In this document: positions 34,760 to 45,553 of the stretch, piece after piece
Numbering within the stretch: the stretch's first letter is position 1
Layout of the letters: each line of letters begins with the position of its first letter
Assembly (NCBI GenBank): GCA_977862235.1
Contig: OZ374566.1
Location: 496,001-560,000, forward strand
Length of the DNA stretch: 64,000 nucleotides
DNA from: Dudresnaya verticillata
Lineage: Eukaryota
Direction of reading: 5' to 3'
Made by a program: the position numbers and the translations under genes
Notes under the pieces: model-generated
Seen by the model: the letters and a program-made list of their open reading frames with translations, nothing else
What the model was told of the DNA's origin: nothing
The model's database searches: none

Positions 34760-35872
34760 ATGGATGCACGTGGGCGTGCTAGGGGAAGAAGGATGTATGG
34801 GCGGGGAAGGGGGAGCCAACGGACCGGAAGGAACCCACCGGCCCGTGATGCCCAATTCAGGCCAATACCAGAGAGTGAAGATAAGAAGAAGAAGCGTGGA
34901 GAGCGCTTCTCTCTCTCACACCAAAGCGTTCCTTCTTCAGAACCGCAATGGTCATCCTCGGTATGGATGGCGAGAGACCCGCCTCAGCCCGATGAGCAGA
35001 ATGCCTCCGAAAGACCACAAGGTTCTGCAGAAGTGTTTCAGGGAGCTATCAGCCTTGGAAGAGCGACAGGATTTTCTCGTGTCCCAGACCGTGCACTGTC
35101 GAGCTCCAAGGAAAGAATGCAGGGTCTTTTGCTACAGTTACAAGAACAGTTACGGCATCTTGAAAAGGAAGGCTGTGCTGTTGTTGGTTTGCAGGAGGGC
35201 TCACAAGCTTCATCGCTACCCTCTAATACAGCAGTGGCATCCTGGGAGCCGTTGTTGGCTGGTTTTCGAGAGCTGACAATGGCATTGACAGCAGCCGGGG
35301 AAGGACAAAATGGAACGTTATACATCGACGCATATGAAGCTGCCGCTGACGCGTCTTTGCTGGCTGGTAATCTCAGCTTTTACCTCGCGTGTCAAACTCG
35401 GCTTTTGTCCGATTTGTATGAAAGATATCCAGCACTTGCCAACCGAGTGACTGAGTTCACGGGCTACGCGCTCCTCTACTTCGGTGTTTTCTTGGCCGAC
35501 AGCGGCGAACTAGCCCGCCTGCAAAGGGCAATGACGAAGACCACGTTGTCGTCATGCGATGTGAGATATTCACTGGCTGTCGTGAACGCTTTCCAGACTC
35601 AAAGCGGAGCGAAGTTCCTTTCTCTGTTTTCCAAAGGCAGTATTCGCCAAAGAACGATATTGCATTCCGTTGTAGGTAGTATGAAGAAGGTTGGGTTGGC
35701 AGAGCTAATTCGCGCATATATGTCTCTGGACAGGGATTTCACGACTTCAAGGCTCTACCTGTCATCTCATGTTGAGTTTCTTGATCTGCTGCAGGAAGAA
35801 CGGCCAGATTTGTTACCGGAAAACTGCGAAAACGCAGCAGAGTATCGGTTTCGGCGGAGCAGGAATAGGTGA
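34760..35872 (+). CDS. SAC3/GANP/THP3-like (PCI-associated) protein with RG-rich N-terminus
   Basis: FRELTMAL, IDAYEAAADASLLAGNLSFYLACQTRL...LY, EFTGYALLY and LIRAY resemble the THP3/LENG8 core. Confidence 0.65.
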   Translation: MDARGRARGRRMYGRGRGSQRTGRNPPARDAQFRPIPESEDKKKKRGERFSLSHQSVPSSEPQWSSSVWMARDPPQPDEQNASERPQGSAEVFQGAISLGRATGFSRVPDRALSSSKERMQGLLLQLQEQLRHLEKEGCAVVGLQEGSQASSLPSNTAVASWEPLLAGFRELTMALTAAGEGQNGTLYIDAYEAAADASLLAGNLSFYLACQTRLLSDLYERYPALANRVTEFTGYALLYFGVFLADSGELARLQRAMTKTTLSSCDVRYSLAVVNAFQTQSGAKFLSLFSKGSIRQRTILHSVVGSMKKVGLAELIRAYMSLDRDFTTSRLYLSSHVEFLDLLQEERPDLLPENCENAAEYRFRRSRNR

Positions 35873-36020
35873 CTTGACAATTACGACATCGGGACTATGC
35901 GGTACACTGCACCTTCTCTATATTACAGTTGTCCGCAAAGGATATGCATGCATTGATAATGCGTCTGTGTGAGCTGCCCCAGGCACGGTTGATACTAACA
36001 GTCTCTGCATCACGGTCTTC

Positions 36021-38105
36021 TCAAGAGTTCTTCTTCAGTCTGAACTGAAGGCACAAGTCTTCCGGAGACCGCCATCTAAATTGCCTCACAGTAGCAAGAC
36101 TCATTGTGGACGGAAGAATTTGGCCATTACACAAAACTTCCAGTTGGCTTCCATCGAGCTCGATTGGGGTGCGACTTTCTTTCAGTTCTTTTGCAATGTA
36201 AGCAGCGACTTTCCTTACTCTCAAAACTCGTGGGGCATTAAGAGATGTTGTGCTTAGCTCCGGAAGTCCTGTGCCCTCTACTGGTTCGAGGCTGAAGCTT
36301 ATCTTGACGACTTCGCGTGTTTGCCCTTTGCCGTCTCGCAGCAAATCAATAACCCAGCCTGGCATAGAGTCATGCTCATTTCCTTGGAAGCCATTTACAG
36401 GCCGTCGGAGAATAGGAACGGGAACGTGGTCTTCAGTCACAATAACTGGAATGTGGCCTGGCAACTCATATTGTGGCAACTCTGCAGCTCGTGCCGCGAC
36501 GTTCTTCTGAGCCGGAGTGGGTGGACTACGAGTATTGTTGTTAGCATCATCAGGTTCCTTCATTTTGTACTCCTCAAGCCACTTTTGAAATAATGCTCGG
36601 AGCACGTGTTCACCAATGTTAACCTTCACGTCTTCGGATTCCGCATTAAGACCTGCGTCTACGGCGTATATCTCTGCATTTGCTGCGCTGCTCTTGTCCA
36701 ACCGAACGGATAGTGAACCTAGTCTGATATCAACCTGGAACCAGCTTGGAACGGAGACTTCCCGATCTTGTTTTCGTAGTACGTCATCGATATCAGCACC
36801 TTCAAGGCGACCGAGCTCGCGGTCTAGGGTTCCTCGGGTTATGTCCCAGATGTGGTACTCACCTTGCGTGTCACAAGTGAGCACGTGACGTCGATCGTTC
36901 ATGATGCGGTGTGCGATAATGCCCGGTAGACCAGGAATTTCAAATAACGGTGTTGGCTTGTGCGATGTAGAGTGCTGGACACCAAGGGGATCAGCCGCAC
37001 GACTAGTCAGCTTCTCCTCGGAGCGAGGATATGCAGCCTCTTCAATATCTGTCATCCTGCTCGATAGATGGTTTGGCAACGGCCACAAACGCACTGTGGA
37101 GCCTGTAGTGCTTACCCACACGGCATTACTAGACGGGGCCAGAGCAACATCGAGAACCATATTGCTCCTAACATCTGCATCTGCAATTTCGACAACAGGT
37201 GATGCGACGTCATCCGTAATGTCTGTATACCATACAGAACCGTCACGTCCACCAGACACGAATGAGTCAAAGTTGTAGTTAGCTGCAAGTGCCCAGACGC
37301 TTCCATTATCGTATGAGTCGAAAGACCTTACACACCGCTCTTGACGGAGGTCCCACAGTTTGACTGTGGAATCCGTACCTCCTGAGAGCATCTGTCGAGA
37401 GTCATACTTCATCGTCAGGCATCGTACAGAGTCGCTATGCCCGCGAAGGTGAACAACTCGATCTCCTGTGCGCAGATCCCACACTGAAATCGTCTTGTCG
37501 GTGGAGCCGGACACAAGAATGTTTCCGCTCGCAGAGCCCGCCATGCAATAAACAGAGCCATTTCGCGGTTGTCCCTCTTCTGTGTCTATGCCACATTCTG
37601 TTCGTACACTACCAGTGACAAGATCCCATACCAAAACGCGGCCGTCAAGAGAGCCGCTTGCCACCCCAATGGGCACCAAAGCAAGGGCTTTGACATAGTC
37701 CGTGTGCTCAACAAGTGTTCTCAGACTCTTCTTTGAGTCGGTTGCATTCCACACCTTAACCGTTGTGTCCGAAGAGCACGATATGAGCCGTTCACGCTCC
37801 TCCAGTAAGACGACATCGTTGACCCAATCCACATGTTCGTCAAATACCCTGACATGCTTAGCTCGGGTTGGGGTGTTCCCAGAGGTTTCGGTATCGGCAG
37901 TATTGAGTGACCGATGTGAGCTTGGCGGCACTCGCCAAGCGCGGACCGTGCCATCCCTGCCAGCAGTGTACAGGTGGTCCGTGGCCATGGCCATCGAAGA
38001 GATACCGAATCGGTGGGTTGACCCCGTCTCACGCAAGATGTACGAGACCCGTTCATCGCGACGTGCCGCGGCAAAGCGGTCTGCAGTCGCAGCGCTGCCG
38101 ACCAT
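36021..38105 (-). CDS. WDR48: WD repeat-containing protein 48 (UAF1, deubiquitinase cofactor)
   Basis: LYTAGRDGTVRAW, EHVDWVNDVVL, HTDYVKALA, VPSWFQVDIRLGSLSVRL, LNAPRVLRVRKVAAY and LEVLCNGQILPSTMSLATVRQFRW. Confidence 0.93.
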   Translation of the reverse strand: MVGSAATADRFAAARRDERVSYILRETGSTHRFGISSMAMATDHLYTAGRDGTVRAWRVPPSSHRSLNTADTETSGNTPTRAKHVRVFDEHVDWVNDVVLLEERERLISCSSDTTVKVWNATDSKKSLRTLVEHTDYVKALALVPIGVASGSLDGRVLVWDLVTGSVRTECGIDTEEGQPRNGSVYCMAGSASGNILVSGSTDKTISVWDLRTGDRVVHLRGHSDSVRCLTMKYDSRQMLSGGTDSTVKLWDLRQERCVRSFDSYDNGSVWALAANYNFDSFVSGGRDGSVWYTDITDDVASPVVEIADADVRSNMVLDVALAPSSNAVWVSTTGSTVRLWPLPNHLSSRMTDIEEAAYPRSEEKLTSRAADPLGVQHSTSHKPTPLFEIPGLPGIIAHRIMNDRRHVLTCDTQGEYHIWDITRGTLDRELGRLEGADIDDVLRKQDREVSVPSWFQVDIRLGSLSVRLDKSSAANAEIYAVDAGLNAESEDVKVNIGEHVLRALFQKWLEEYKMKEPDDANNNTRSPPTPAQKNVAARAAELPQYELPGHIPVIVTEDHVPVPILRRPVNGFQGNEHDSMPGWVIDLLRDGKGQTREVVKISFSLEPVEGTGLPELSTTSLNAPRVLRVRKVAAYIAKELKESRTPIELDGSQLEVLCNGQILPSTMSLATVRQFRWRSPEDLCLQFRLKKNS

Positions 38106-38608
38106 AGCGTCAGGCACGCGTGATGGGAGCAGCAGCGCAATGATCAAGAGCTGCCAGATAGTTCGTTTCGAACTGAAGCATGGAAGACTATCGCAGGCTT
38201 ATTTCGAGCGAGGCCGAATTTTGGGGCTTGGTAGTCGCATGGCCGGCGGCCTTCCGGTTTATACAGTACCGGAGTTCGTTGTACCCTCAGGGTATCAGAT
38301 TTTGACGTCATCAGAGCCACCAAAATCGCGATTTTGCGCACTTGGGAGCCTCACCAGACGCTCTCATGTTCATTGTGTCTAGCGTTTGTTTGGCCTTCCG
38401 CATCAGAGTGCTGTTAACGGTGCCAGTTGCGCCTCGGTCGAACTCAGAATGAGGTGCCCTGTGGTGTTTAATTTAAGCAGCTAAACTGGTTCGCTAGAGT
38501 TCGTACTGAGAAACAACAAAGCAGCCTGTCACTGCGGACGATTCGCCATTACTGTCCGCGCATCAAGATGCAACTGGGTTCTCTAATGTTCATCTACTGT
38601 GCGGGGAA

Positions 38609-40834
38609 TTAAGCCCCAAATGGTTTTCGCGGAATAGCCTCTGAAAGGGAGGATTGCACTTGTTTCCAGCGCCTTCTGATCACAACAATTTTGGATGAGT
38701 CCAAGACTGATGAAGACAACACTGATTCTTTGTACTTCAACAGAAACGGCTCGAATCCAGCTTTTCTGATTTCCGCCCCTGCCTTTCTCTTCCTTGACGA
38801 TCTGTTTGCGCACACGATGGCACAAAACTTCTCTCCAGATAATAGGAGAGATTCCTCGGTTTCTGAAAACGACATGGAGGTAATCGGACAAGGAAAGTGC
38901 CCCGATATTACTGCAACTTTTTCCTCCTCTGATGGTACCCGTCTCACGACAACAGATGAGTCAGTAAACGCCACTGCGATGAGGGAGGCACTCGGCGAGA
39001 AACACATCTGTGAAACACATTTCGACTCTGTGGTGTCCACGCAGTGTATCGTCTGCCATGGCAGATCTCCACTCGTCTCCGGCAACGGCTTCGCCAAGGC
39101 TGTGGTCATCACTCGACCTCTCGAGTCACAAACTGCAATCCTACCTTTGCCAGAAACAATTCGATCTAGATGCACGCCGCAGCTTCCAATCTCTTCTTTT
39201 GTGAAGCGAAGTAGTGTTCCCTCTTGGTAAACAACGACTTCTTGTCGAGATCTAGTAATTGCGACCACAGTTGATCCGCAAAACACAGCATCAACGCAGC
39301 CACGAAGTGCGGATTCCACCGTAGGTTCCAAAGATATGACTCTAACTTTCCCGAAGTCATTTTCGGCTTCCGGGCCTTCGCGGTTCCATACTTGATATAG
39401 TCGGAATGTGTTAAAGCTGGATACAGCGAGAGTCGTGGCATCCCGCGAGATTGCACAGGCGATCAAGTCTGAGTCAAAGGTTTTCAGATTCATTCGCAAG
39501 CGCAGTTCAGGGGTCTCCGACTGCGTTGGTATCGACCAGATGTCAATTCCTTTTCTTCTGCGTGAGATCATCAGCTTGCCCTCCCTGTTAACGGTCACTG
39601 GTACCTGCCCCGCACAACCTGGATATGGCAATACCCACTGCACCTTCTTCCTATCAACAAAACCTGAAAGCGAGAACAGACACATTCGGGCGTCTTCCGA
39701 CCCTGTTACGATCGTTCCATTCCGGAACACGGACATTGCGCGAACGTCATGAGAATGGAAATAAGAACCTCTGAGCGGGACCCAAAGCTGATCCCCTGCG
39801 ACAGCTGCTGAGGACTGCAGCCCACCAACGCCACCACCAGCAGAGCCGAAAAACACAGTTTCAGATGCGGTACCCTCTCCAACAACTGTTGAAGACCACA
39901 ATACCCCCTTCAATGCCTCAATTCGTAACTCCTGGTTCATCGTATTACTGCCAGATGACCAAACTGTAACCATTCCGCGAGAATCACCGCAAATGACTTC
40001 CAGTCCCCTATTTGCAAATGTAATCGTCCAGATCATGGCTTTCTCCTGCCGCAGACTTGGAATCTTTCCCCGTCCGTATAGCGAGCCACCAACTGGGTCA
40101 AGCCAGCGCACCCCACCGTCTGCGTCACCACACACGACGCAATCCTCTGCACGCGACGGCGAGGGCGGCGCCCATGCGACTGATAGGACCCGGGCGTTCG
40201 TGGTCTCGCTAATCTTCACAAGATAATGCGTGGTGTCCGTTGGGATCGCAGGTGCCATCTCCCCGGCTATCTCGGCTGTGCCCATGTAGCTGGGATCTGG
40301 ACGGATGAAGCGAACACACCCGTCATCGCAAGCAAGAGCGATGCATATGTCGTCCTTCAGCTCACTTCGCGAGACGGCAATATCCCAGATAGCACCGCCT
40401 CCAGGTTCAAGCTGCACGTGCTCACGCAATCCTTCCGGGGTGACTTGAAGAACGAGGAGAGAGCCGTCCAATCTGGCCACGAAGACGTATTGAGCACAGG
40501 CACTAAACTTGACGGAAGTGACAGCAAGCTCCGGATCAGAAGGGCCGTAAACGAGCGATGACACGGCCCAGACCAGATCCTTTCGTCGCAGTTCGACGTT
40601 CCCGTCGGATCGCGCCACCGCAATGAGGCGCTCGCAAGGGCTTGCTGCCAACGCGCAGATGCCCGAGACGTCCCAATGAACGAAGGAGCAATCCTGGATT
40701 TCCAGCTGTGCTCGTTCTTCCGGTGCTGGACGCAACGGCCTCTTCGGCGACTTGTGGGAGTGATGCTTGGTGGATCTATTCGCCTCAGATCCTGTTCGTG
40801 CCCTCTTGCGTTGATGGTGTGTGGAACTTCCCAT
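38609..40834 (-). CDS. UTP4: U3 snoRNP-associated WD40 protein UTP4/Cirhin
   Basis: CSFVHWDVSGICALA, IAVARSDGNVELR, GGAIWDIA, ALACDDGCVR, CGDSRGMVTVW, HSHDVRAM and C-terminal RKPFGA. Confidence 0.88.
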   Translation of the reverse strand: MGSSTHHQRKRARTGSEANRSTKHHSHKSPKRPLRPAPEERAQLEIQDCSFVHWDVSGICALAASPCERLIAVARSDGNVELRRKDLVWAVSSLVYGPSDPELAVTSVKFSACAQYVFVARLDGSLLVLQVTPEGLREHVQLEPGGGAIWDIAVSRSELKDDICIALACDDGCVRFIRPDPSYMGTAEIAGEMAPAIPTDTTHYLVKISETTNARVLSVAWAPPSPSRAEDCVVCGDADGGVRWLDPVGGSLYGRGKIPSLRQEKAMIWTITFANRGLEVICGDSRGMVTVWSSGSNTMNQELRIEALKGVLWSSTVVGEGTASETVFFGSAGGGVGGLQSSAAVAGDQLWVPLRGSYFHSHDVRAMSVFRNGTIVTGSEDARMCLFSLSGFVDRKKVQWVLPYPGCAGQVPVTVNREGKLMISRRRKGIDIWSIPTQSETPELRLRMNLKTFDSDLIACAISRDATTLAVSSFNTFRLYQVWNREGPEAENDFGKVRVISLEPTVESALRGCVDAVFCGSTVVAITRSRQEVVVYQEGTLLRFTKEEIGSCGVHLDRIVSGKGRIAVCDSRGRVMTTALAKPLPETSGDLPWQTIHCVDTTESKCVSQMCFSPSASLIAVAFTDSSVVVRRVPSEEEKVAVISGHFPCPITSMSFSETEESLLLSGEKFCAIVCANRSSRKRKAGAEIRKAGFEPFLLKYKESVLSSSVLDSSKIVVIRRRWKQVQSSLSEAIPRKPFGA

Positions 40835-41644
40835 GGTTGCGGATCAGCTCGTTTGCGCAATGCAAGCTAGCTGTTTCCAACTTGAAATGGATCGCCACAG
40901 CTCAAAACGAGTTGTAGATCTCTTACAAAGAGCGACACAAGGCACACGGAGTCAAGAAAAAGAGATTTAAAGCATATCACCGAGGGTGAACTTATGCATT
41001 GCACAAAGCAAGATTTTGTGCCGCCGCCGACGGCCTGCAAATTGGGTCAATGGATAGGTTGAAGGGATATGACCCAAAAGGGCCGCCAGGAGTATTCACT
41101 GTAATTGGGTGGACCATTTGCCACACACTACCTTTCCATTGGCCAAACAGAGTTGGATTTGCGGGCCAAGTCGCGCGGCACGTCGCTGTGATTGGATAAA
41201 CATCCGTATGAGGGTGTCCATACATCCTTACAGTTCGGTACAGTTGTCTGTCAACCGTCCAGTTGCTCCATGCTTCGCATGGGCAGCAGCAGGGCGCTTT
41301 GCCCAAACAAGGCCAGCCCGACCTGACCGGAGTCCAACGACGAACGGCTGAGCGAGCATGGGCTCGAGGTGCTCTTACCCCTACGATACGCCCTACCAGC
41401 CTTCCGTTGCTCTCACGTGCCGACTAGACCGTGTTTTACCTACTTTCCCGCTAAACGAGCACTCCCCTGCCACTTCGCTCGCTCCGCCGCCGTCGAATCA
41501 CCTTCCTGCACTGTGCCCAGCACTGGGACAACTCCCAGGCCCGCGTGAAAAAAAGAAGTGCCATTAGTCCAAGCGTGCCCGTCAAGAGGACTGATGATCA
41601 CCTAGCAGCATCTCTCTGTCCAAGTCCAAGAGTGCAATCTAGCC

Positions 41645-42832
41645 ATGGACGGCCGCCGTACCCCACCCGTCCGGGAGGACCGTCGCACGATACAAGCCGC
41701 GATAGACGTCCTGGCAGCGCGCATTGATGCCTTCGAACACCAGTTGCAACAGGCTATGGCATCGGAACAGACCTTTCGGCACAACCTGCAGACCGTCACA
41801 GAGGCGCTAGACTCGTTCGTAGAGCGGCACCGCCAGGAGGATATGCAGCTCACCGAGATGATTCAGGAGGATACTCAACGCTCACGGGAAGCCCGCGATG
41901 AGTACGATGTCCTCGCAGCCCGATTTGATGACTCTATCCGTCCGCGCAACCCGTCGCGACGTATGGACTTTCTCAAGAATGTCTCATTGTACATCAGCAT
42001 CGTCGTCTCAGTTGTCTTTATGGCACCCCTTCATGCTGTCGTATGGTTGTTTGAGAGCTTGCTGTATCGCCTAGGATACCGAAAGCAGGTGGAAGCCTAT
42101 GGTCCTGAAGGGGTGTACGCGGACAGCGCCGTAAGGTACCGTGCAAGGCAGAGCTCAAGCCGTATGGAAAGGGGGGGCAGAGCCTCGTCAACTTTGCGTC
42201 ACCGGAGTCAAGCGAATGCTTCTGCCACTTTGCAACGGTCCACCACGAGACCTTCACCAGGGCGGCAGCTACAGAACCAAAGCCGCTCTTCAAAGGAAAG
42301 TGTCGGCAAAAGCAACGCTGACAAACAAAACGCAGAGATAGTCCCAGAAATGCATCTCGATATCTCGAACGTGGTGCCACTTACGAGTGCAGCTCAGCCG
42401 GCAAGTAGGAAAAGCCCCCCTGCAAGACAAACCCAAGAGATGGATTCTGTTGCCGCTGAAAGCAGCAAAAGGGGACACCGTAGTCCAGGTCAGCATCATC
42501 TCAGAGGGCAATCTGGACGGGTTAGCGAAAATGAATCCGACTCCTCAGATCCAGAAAAAGAGTTTCTTGATGCAAGCGCTGGGGCGGAAGGCCCAAAACA
42601 GCTTACAACACCGATAGCAGCAGAGAATAGTGACGAAGAAGAAGGTGAGGAAAGCAACAGTCCACGTGACGATGGTTCTGGGCGACCAGATTGGGCACAG
42701 CCCGCAGGCAGTGATGCAGCTTTGCCAGAGCTTTCCACCTTTCCTTCGTCCGACTTTTGGAATATCTCTGAGGATGAAATACGTTTGGAGTTTCTAAGAC
42801 GAGAGAGTCGTCCGAATAGCCCTCGGAGCTAG
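41645..42832 (+). CDS. Hypothetical protein: N-terminal coiled coil, hydrophobic membrane segment, disordered S/R-rich C-terminus
   Basis: 395 aa ATG-started ORF with a heptad pattern over roughly aa 15-95 and the hydrophobic VSLYISIVVSVVFMAPLHAVVWLF. No family recognised. Confidence 0.7.
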   Translation: MDGRRTPPVREDRRTIQAAIDVLAARIDAFEHQLQQAMASEQTFRHNLQTVTEALDSFVERHRQEDMQLTEMIQEDTQRSREARDEYDVLAARFDDSIRPRNPSRRMDFLKNVSLYISIVVSVVFMAPLHAVVWLFESLLYRLGYRKQVEAYGPEGVYADSAVRYRARQSSSRMERGGRASSTLRHRSQANASATLQRSTTRPSPGRQLQNQSRSSKESVGKSNADKQNAEIVPEMHLDISNVVPLTSAAQPASRKSPPARQTQEMDSVAAESSKRGHRSPGQHHLRGQSGRVSENESDSSDPEKEFLDASAGAEGPKQLTTPIAAENSDEEEGEESNSPRDDGSGRPDWAQPAGSDAALPELSTFPSSDFWNISEDEIRLEFLRRESRPNSPRS

Positions 42833-43946
42833 CTTGAGTCGATGTTTCGCGTGTCCGTTGGGTCACCATTTCGGATATCTTTTTGCGATTAGTTGAGCTT
42901 GGACGGTCTTACACACCGTCTCCATGAGAGATACGTAGCAAATGGGCGTATATCACGATTTGGCAATCTGAGGCGTTCTACCCCCTCTTCCTCCCCTTCG
43001 CTCTTGACTGGATTGTTCCAATGACGACTGTCCTTGGAGGTTGCTACCATGGCTCGTTGCAATGTGATTCGACAAGGATAGGTATGCGAGATTCATCTTG
43101 TTCTTTTCGTTAACAGGGCTCGTATTAGACGTTATGCTTATTTTTGCTGACAATTACTTTACCCATTGCGACCGACGCAGACAGAACGAGCAAGTTTCGC
43201 TCTGAGATATTTAAAGCGATCAAGAAAGTTGTTTGGGCACTGCATTCCGCCGAAATCCCTTGTCGCTCATCGGGAAATCCCGCAGTAAACATCGAATTAC
43301 CCTTGGTGAGTCGGCCTCGGGGGGAAAGCATCGTTTCCAGCTTCGCTTTACCAACAATGCAACTGCCAGCCCTTGTCCATACAGTGCAATGCACCTCCCT
43401 TCCGCTTTCCTTCATGTGAAGCTGCACCTGTTTCTGCTTCTTGCACGCGCGCCTCTCGCTACTCGATCTCAACCTTAGCTAGAACGCTTGCTATTCCAGC
43501 ATCTCGCCCCACAGGCTGCGGTATGAAGGACCGGCATCGACGTTCAGAGCGTCAGGTGGGCCTGTGGCGCAGCTACTGTACAGTACAGGAGTAAGTAGGA
43601 CTTGCCCCATCATCTCTGAGATTGGAGACAGTCCTACCGCCGTGCAGCAGAAGCTCTCCAAGAGGCTAGAAACATACTTTTTTGTTTAATTTCGGGCTGT
43701 CCTCGAAACTCCTAACGCGCAACCGAGTCGCTGCCTCTCCGAAACTTTCAGAAAAGCCTCTTTCGATTTGGTCGACCACTTCGTCCTCCCGCACTTTCTC
43801 TTCTATACTGCACTACCGGCGCCCACGCCCTGCCCCCGAACTTGCACACGGACGAAGCCCACTACCTTCTTCCGTTGTCTCAACCTCCAGCCCCAAGTAG
43901 TCCTTCCTCGACCTTCTCGACCGAAGCCTCAAGCTGCCCTTGAACG

Positions 43947-45278
43947 ATGGCCGCGCCGAACGACGTCTCTTCCCCATCGGGAATGCGCGGTGCAAGCCGC
44001 GGCGATCACCGCAGCATTCCGCGTTCCCGCCGACGCTCGCCAAGCCCTGAGTCGGACCGCAAGCGCCATCGTGTGGACTCGGGCTCCCCCGGAGGTGTCC
44101 CGCGCTCGCGTTCGTACCACGACCGCCCGGGTTGGGAGCGCAGTGGGTACGACGACTTGCGCGTGGGTGGCTCGTACCACAGGTCGACCACACATGGATC
44201 GCACTATCGGTCCTACGACCGCCACCGTGGCCCACCACGCGGCGCAGGAAACTACCCTCATTCTGGAGGTCATGTCGGTGGCAACGGTGCGATGCCGATG
44301 TACCAGCCACGTGCGACCATGCAGCAGACCAAGCCACAGCACCAAACTTCCAGAAAGCGCCGCCTCTATATCGGTAACATTCCGTTTCAGGCGGGATTGA
44401 CGGACTTCGCTCTCGCGCAGTTCTTTTCTGCATTGTATATTGCCGGATTCCGCGCAAACTTACCAGGTGAACCACTCCCTGTTCTTTCTTTCTGGCTTCA
44501 CGGCGACGGCAAGTTTGGATTCATGGAGCTGCGTGGAGAGCAGGAAGCGGTCAACATGATGGAGTTCAATGGTGTCGCTCTACATGGCCGAAAGTTGAAG
44601 GTCAACCGCCCGTCAGACTACCGCCGGGTGTCGCCTGAACAAGAGGAGAAGGAGCAAGAGACCCTCATCCATAATCCGATTAACATACCTGCCGTCGTGG
44701 ACCTTTGTGAGAAGCTTGGAGATGTGGTTGCTCCGCCAGACAAGTTTGCCGACATCGCGGCGCAACAGACTGTTAGAGCCCCCGAACCCCAAGTTCCACC
44801 CGCGGCTGCAGTGGCTTCCTCTCCACATGCGTCGGAGAAACAGGAACCCGTCTCAAGCCCATTGCTGCGCTCTCAAGCGCAAGTTCAACCTCAGGAAGCC
44901 GCGCTAGCTCCGAATGCTGGTAGTGCGGGCAGTGACCCGAAGTCTCAAGAACCGACGCCCAGTCGCGAGAGAAGGATCATCTCGCTTCGGAACCTTGTCA
45001 CAAATGAAGACCTAAATGGTGATGCCGAAGACTTTGAAGAACTTCTCGAAGATGTAGAGGCCGAATGCGGTAACTACGGAAGTGTTCAAAGTGTGAACAT
45101 TCCGAAGGATGGTCCATGGAAGGGAACTGCATTCGTGGAGTATGCGGACCCTGGCGTCGTGGACCGGGCTGTCAAGGAGCTCTCCAGGAAGGTGTTTGAT
45201 GGACGCCAGATCGAAGCTGTTGTCATTGATGGTTGCCAGACTGCTGCCGAGGCAGCCAGTCGTCCGAAGCGATCATGA
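43947..45278 (+). CDS. U2AF large subunit (U2AF65)-like splicing factor: RS region, RRM1, C-terminal UHM
   Basis: RSRRRSPSP; RRLYIGNIPF...KFGFMELR...LHGRKLKVNRPSDY; UHM ISLRNLVTNEDL...FEELLEDVEAECGNYGSVQSVNIP...RKVFDGRQI. Confidence 0.85.
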   Translation: MAAPNDVSSPSGMRGASRGDHRSIPRSRRRSPSPESDRKRHRVDSGSPGGVPRSRSYHDRPGWERSGYDDLRVGGSYHRSTTHGSHYRSYDRHRGPPRGAGNYPHSGGHVGGNGAMPMYQPRATMQQTKPQHQTSRKRRLYIGNIPFQAGLTDFALAQFFSALYIAGFRANLPGEPLPVLSFWLHGDGKFGFMELRGEQEAVNMMEFNGVALHGRKLKVNRPSDYRRVSPEQEEKEQETLIHNPINIPAVVDLCEKLGDVVAPPDKFADIAAQQTVRAPEPQVPPAAAVASSPHASEKQEPVSSPLLRSQAQVQPQEAALAPNAGSAGSDPKSQEPTPSRERRIISLRNLVTNEDLNGDAEDFEELLEDVEAECGNYGSVQSVNIPKDGPWKGTAFVEYADPGVVDRAVKELSRKVFDGRQIEAVVIDGCQTAAEAASRPKRS

Positions 45279-45553
45279 TCTTTTCTATAATAACGCCGTG
45301 GAATGATGCAAAGCGCGCTATACAGGGTTTGGGCCTTTGCAAGATGAGCAAGCGAGCGACGCTGCAGATGAGAATAAGGAGAAGCCTGACATGTTTAGTT
45401 CGTCTACTGTGATGTGTGAATATGTGCCCGAAATGCGAGTCGCTTCCGAGTTTTCGTTGTCATAACTGAACCCAGAACACAGGATGGCACCTTCGAACCG
45501 AATGATCAGGAACTTGCGCAGTTAGAAGAGGGGGGCGATCGAGTTATTGTTGC

